DNA of 10,518 nucleotides from Candidatus Hydrogenedens sp. (GTDB lineage Bacteria; Hydrogenedentota; Hydrogenedentia; Hydrogenedentales; Hydrogenedentaceae): NCBI GenBank assembly GCA_049968235.1, contig JBMFRC010000038.1, positions 1 to 10,518 of the forward strand, read 5' to 3'. Shown piece by piece: positions 7,376 to 10,518 of this stretch (position 1 is its first letter; each line of letters starts with the position of its first letter). The notes under the pieces were generated by a model. It saw only the letters and a program-made list of their open reading frames with translations, ran no database searches and was not told where the DNA came from. The position numbers and the translations under genes were made by a program.

Positions 7376-7560
7376 CTCCTTTCAAATTTATTGATATATT
7401 AAAAAAAATAGCCGTGTCGTCAAAAGACAACACGGACATGAACTTTCTGATAATTCTTTTTCTATTTATGTCTCGTGCCTCTCGGCTGGCAATATTAAGG
7501 TTCTCACGAACCACCGGCTGTCTTTGACGCACATTAACAATATTTTAGCACATATATACT
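7376..7560 (-). promoter_or_regulatory. rplJ 5' leader (candidate L10 leader autoregulatory element) with a GNRA hairpin and a terminator-like attenuator hairpin
   Basis: About 300 nt of non-coding sequence lies between rplJ and the divergent esterase gene. On the minus-strand RNA there is 5'-GGUUC-GUGA-GAACC-3' (7499-7512, GNRA tetraloop). Further on, a GC-rich stem (7412-7417 paired with 7430-7435, plus 7419-7421 paired with 7426-7428; AAAA loop) is followed directly by U8 (complement of 7401-7408), about 20 nt before the rplJ SD. No gene lies upstream on this strand, so a terminator here can only act as an attenuator. Confidence 0.5.
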
Positions 7561-7691
7561 TTATAATTCAATCTAAATAAATAAAAAGCCAATTCTCTGT
7601 AAAAGAAAGGTTTATGATATGCTTTTATATATTTTATGTATCAAACCAGGTTACACAAACAACATAAGGAATTTAAGAAAGGAAGTTGTGT

Positions 7692-8537
7692 ATGTGTAAG
7701 AACAAGATTCTAAGATATAGTGGTGTTTTATTCCTTCTTGTATGCATATGGGTTTTAATATCTGTAGGATGTGTGCATGTAAATAATGATGCAGGAGCAA
7801 CACTAAAAAAGACATCTAAAACGGTATGCACAGGATTTATCAATAAAACACTGGATAATGGTGAATTAATGAAACGGTATGTTGTTTATGTCCCTTATGA
7901 ATATACACCACAAACAGAGATACCAATGATTGTTTTTTTACATGGTGCCGGAGAACGCGGTCAGAACGGATTAGTTCAAACAGAAGTCGGATTAGCAACT
8001 TCTATACGAAAACATCCAGAGCGCTGGAATGCTATCGTTGTTTTTCCTCAATGTCCTGCTAATAAATTCTATAATGATGTGGAAAAGGATATTGATTTGT
8101 GTATAATGAAAACGTTGAAAGAATATAATATTGATAGAAAACGAATCTATCTAACAGGGCTTTCTATGGGAGGTTTTGGAACATGGATTTACGGAGCCAA
8201 ACACGCAGATATGTTTTCCGCACTGGTACCGATATGTGGTGGTGGGGAACTGGCTTTTATAAAACAGCGATTGGGACGACAAGATATATCTGATGAAACA
8301 CCCCAGGAAGTGGAACAACGAATTCAACGACTTAAAGATATGCCTATCTGGGCTTTCCATGGGGCAGATGATGATGTGGTCCCTGTGGATTGTTCCCGAA
8401 ACTTTGTTCAAAAGATAAAAGATGCAGGGGGAACAAAAATATTGTATACAGAATATCCCGGAGTCAAACATAACAGTTGGGTTAAAGCGTATGAGGAGAC
8501 AGAACTTCCAAAATGGTTATTCTCTCAACATAAATAG
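7692..8537 (+). CDS. Alpha/beta-hydrolase-fold esterase (phospholipase/carboxylesterase or PHB-depolymerase-type), probable lipoprotein
   Basis: The ORF track starts at TTG 7686. The ATG at 7692 has AAAGGAAG 6 nt upstream and is preferred. N-terminus MCKNKILRYSGVLFLLVCIWVLISVGC fits the lipoprotein signal pattern (ISVG|C). Motifs present: IVFLHGAGERGQNG (oxyanion/HG region), GLSMGG (GxSxG nucleophile elbow), HGADDDVVP (acid) and a C-terminal VKHNSW (His). This is the Ser-Asp-His triad architecture. Confidence 0.8.
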   Translation: MCKNKILRYSGVLFLLVCIWVLISVGCVHVNNDAGATLKKTSKTVCTGFINKTLDNGELMKRYVVYVPYEYTPQTEIPMIVFLHGAGERGQNGLVQTEVGLATSIRKHPERWNAIVVFPQCPANKFYNDVEKDIDLCIMKTLKEYNIDRKRIYLTGLSMGGFGTWIYGAKHADMFSALVPICGGGELAFIKQRLGRQDISDETPQEVEQRIQRLKDMPIWAFHGADDDVVPVDCSRNFVQKIKDAGGTKILYTEYPGVKHNSWVKAYEETELPKWLFSQHK

Positions 8538-8612
8538 TTCTCACATTTTATAATATGGGTTTAGATGTATTCGTTAAAGGAATGAAAAAACAAAAAGGAT
8601 AGAATAAAACAT

Positions 8613-10067
8613 ATGTTTAAATCAAGAAAGATGGGATTAAGGTCTTTTCGCCATACCTTTATTCTGCTTTTGGCTATTATTGTAGTCCCGTTAGTATTTT
8701 TAATGATTGCAAAAAGTTTCCTCACTGCACCTCCTATATGTCTGGGATATCAAGAGTTAGTAAAAAGGGCAAAATCAGATGAGAATGGGTATCTTTTCTT
8801 TCAAGGTGCTCAGAATCTATCTAAAAGAATATACAACGGATATTTTTCTTCTTTTGCATGGAATGTTTTAATACCGGATACACCGGATACTTTAACATTT
8901 ACAAAAGGCACTTTTAAGACAGAAAAGTGGTATGCCGACACATATCTTAGTTTGTACAAATTTTTCATAAAAGAAAATTTATTTATGGAAGAAATGGAAA
9001 ACTATGCTACGAAAAAATATAAAACATTATCTCCTGCAAATTTATATGAACGTGCCGGTATATACCCGGAAAAAAACTGGATAGATGATTTTCTTCATAA
9101 CTCACTGGCAATCTTAAATAATATGAAATTATTAAATGATAGAGACTTTTTCCTACCTTATGAAAGTAGTACCTATTTCGCTTACTCAGCATTGAATTCC
9201 GAGATGTTGTTGATTGAATTAGTTAATATCCTTTTGCTATTACAAAAGGGAGATTATGCAAACGCATTAGATTGGATAGATACATTTAATCACTCCGCTT
9301 TACAATTAGAACCCATTTGTTTATGGGCTTCCTCACAAATTGCACAGCAATTATCGATTGTTACTATGATTGCATCCTATCCATTATCGACAGATGAATT
9401 TTACCAGACTTTATTAAACCAACTGTCGGAGATGAAAGAAAAAGTCAAAACCTTAGAATTTAAAACGGTATATCAGAATGCACTATTTTATTTAGAAAAT
9501 TCCTTTGTTCTCAAGCAGAGTGAATACCGATATACCTCTCCCCAGCGGTTTATTCCACGAAGTATTTCCATGTTCTTTGCATATAATGATATCTCTCGCG
9601 TTCTGGATAAAAAAAGAAAAGTTTTTGAGACATCTACATGGAGAGACATTGAGGATGCAGTTTTTTACAATAAAGGAAAGGTATATAACGCTATCAACAC
9701 TATAAAATCAATCAAGAGAAGACCCCTGTCTGATATAGAAGAATACTGGATGTTCTGGTCGGGAGAAATATATAAAATAATGCTATTAAGATATAATCAT
9801 TCTCTATGTGCTATCTATGGCTCAATATTAACCGTTCTTCTTGAAAAATATCATAATCAAAAGGGTGTATATCCAGAGGATTTATACGATGTCATGGAAA
9901 ACTACTTCACAGAAGAAGAACTTATCTGGATAGATAATTATTTAGATATTTACCTCTCCTCGGAAAAATATTTTGTCGACTACTATCCCATCCCAAAGAA
10001 AGAAAGAGAAGCGTTAAAATCCAGTTTATTCAATTATAGGAAATCATATCGAGTTCGGTCTTTTTAG
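8613..10067 (+). CDS. Hypothetical membrane-anchored protein (N-terminal signal-anchor helix, large extracytoplasmic domain)
   Basis: 484-aa ORF located 75 nt downstream of the esterase with no intervening terminator, so probably co-transcribed. N-terminus MFKSRKMGLRSFRHTFILLLAIIVVPLVFLMIAKSF has positive residues followed by a TM helix. The rest is mostly helical-looking, Tyr/Leu/Asn-rich and contains no recognisable catalytic motif. A weak, distant AAAGGA lies 13 nt upstream; an alternative Met is at 8631. Confidence 0.6.
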   Translation: MFKSRKMGLRSFRHTFILLLAIIVVPLVFLMIAKSFLTAPPICLGYQELVKRAKSDENGYLFFQGAQNLSKRIYNGYFSSFAWNVLIPDTPDTLTFTKGTFKTEKWYADTYLSLYKFFIKENLFMEEMENYATKKYKTLSPANLYERAGIYPEKNWIDDFLHNSLAILNNMKLLNDRDFFLPYESSTYFAYSALNSEMLLIELVNILLLLQKGDYANALDWIDTFNHSALQLEPICLWASSQIAQQLSIVTMIASYPLSTDEFYQTLLNQLSEMKEKVKTLEFKTVYQNALFYLENSFVLKQSEYRYTSPQRFIPRSISMFFAYNDISRVLDKKRKVFETSTWRDIEDAVFYNKGKVYNAINTIKSIKRRPLSDIEEYWMFWSGEIYKIMLLRYNHSLCAIYGSILTVLLEKYHNQKGVYPEDLYDVMENYFTEEELIWIDNYLDIYLSSEKYFVDYYPIPKKEREALKSSLFNYRKSYRVRSF

Positions 10068-10518
10068 TTTGTAAATGTCTAATTGAAAAATATTTTATTA
10101 TGATGGTTTAATTAACTTTACCGCCCTGTTAATAGAGTAAGGGATATTATTATTGTATTGGCAAAACATCTTCCATCCATTCGTGCAATTGTTATTTTTC
10201 ATTGGGTTTGCGTGAACATGCCTGTTAAGGTAATTAAAATGGTTGTATCCATTTATGAGTATATCTAATTTTATCCAAGTAGATATATGTATATCCATGC
10301 ATTTATCAGGACGATGATTATTTGCCCCTACAAATAGAAAAATAGTGTTTAATGTTTAGTATGTAAAATAATAGTTTGTTGCCAAAATATTCGTGTTCTG
10401 GAAATTCTTGTTCCTGCATATTATAGATTAAATGTAGGGGAGAAATATTTTTTGCACGAATGGAGTACAGGCATTTTTACCTGCGTTCTTCTATACTAAA
10501 TAACTGTCTCTGTTTCTT

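Noticed and set aside
7326-7532. 68-aa minus-strand ORF in the rplJ leader
   Set aside because: It overlaps the rplJ start in another frame and covers the structured leader and terminator-like hairpin. It has no SD.
8151-9705. ORFs 8151-8471 (-), 9007-9192 (-) and 9505-9705 (+)
   Set aside because: They are antisense to, or nested within, the esterase and the 484-aa CDS.
10098-10298. 66-aa minus-strand ORF in the 3' AT-rich tail
   Set aside because: It has no SD, lies in a low-complexity AT-rich context, and its composition looks non-coding.
1-10518. Alternative genetic code (UGA = Trp or Gly) to explain the in-frame TGA at 184
   Set aside because: The 623-, 484-, 444- and 283-aa ORFs contain no TGA, and the abundant Trp in the GT protein is encoded by TGG. 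A genome that reassigns UGA would show TGA scattered through long genes.
1-10518. CRISPR arrays, tRNA or rRNA genes
   Set aside because: No regularly spaced direct repeats and no tRNA-like GC-rich cloverleaf segments were seen anywhere in the window.

Overview
The window is bacterial, low-GC, uses Shine-Dalgarno sites, and reads with the standard genetic code: long ORFs contain no TGA and Trp is encoded by TGG. It mixes a housekeeping core with apparently accessory DNA.

Core region, minus strand: rplJ (L10) and rplL (L7/L12) with an upstream structured leader and a strong intrinsic terminator after rplL. rplKA is not upstream and rpoBC is not downstream. Instead rplL is followed by an ArnT-like GT-C glycosyltransferase (GT39/GT83, DExRYAE motif) and a low-complexity S/T/Q/N-rich protein ending in EF-hand-like Ca2+-binding loops. 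Diverging from the rplJ leader on the plus strand are a GxSxG alpha/beta-hydrolase lipoprotein (esterase) and a 484-aa membrane-anchored hypothetical protein.

Left end, 1-1910: a markedly lower-GC segment (about 25% versus 38-47% elsewhere) that encodes only secreted or surface proteins. One is a signal-peptide plus 12-Cys protein whose reading frame is interrupted by a single in-frame TGA. The other is an N/Y-rich protein with a signal peptide and C-terminal TM anchor, split into two ORFs at a T6 homopolymer; deleting one T fuses them. Immediately next to this islet is a heavily degraded IS481/IS3-superfamily DDE transposase (HTH, DID..AIDRATR, TDNGKEF and PYTPKTNGLVERFN motifs scattered over three frames with several stop codons).

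No tRNA, rRNA or CRISPR was detected. The most interesting leads are the TGA-interrupted Cys-rich secretory gene, the homopolymer-switchable surface protein, and the GT-C transferase operonic with a Ser/Thr-rich Ca2+-binding protein.
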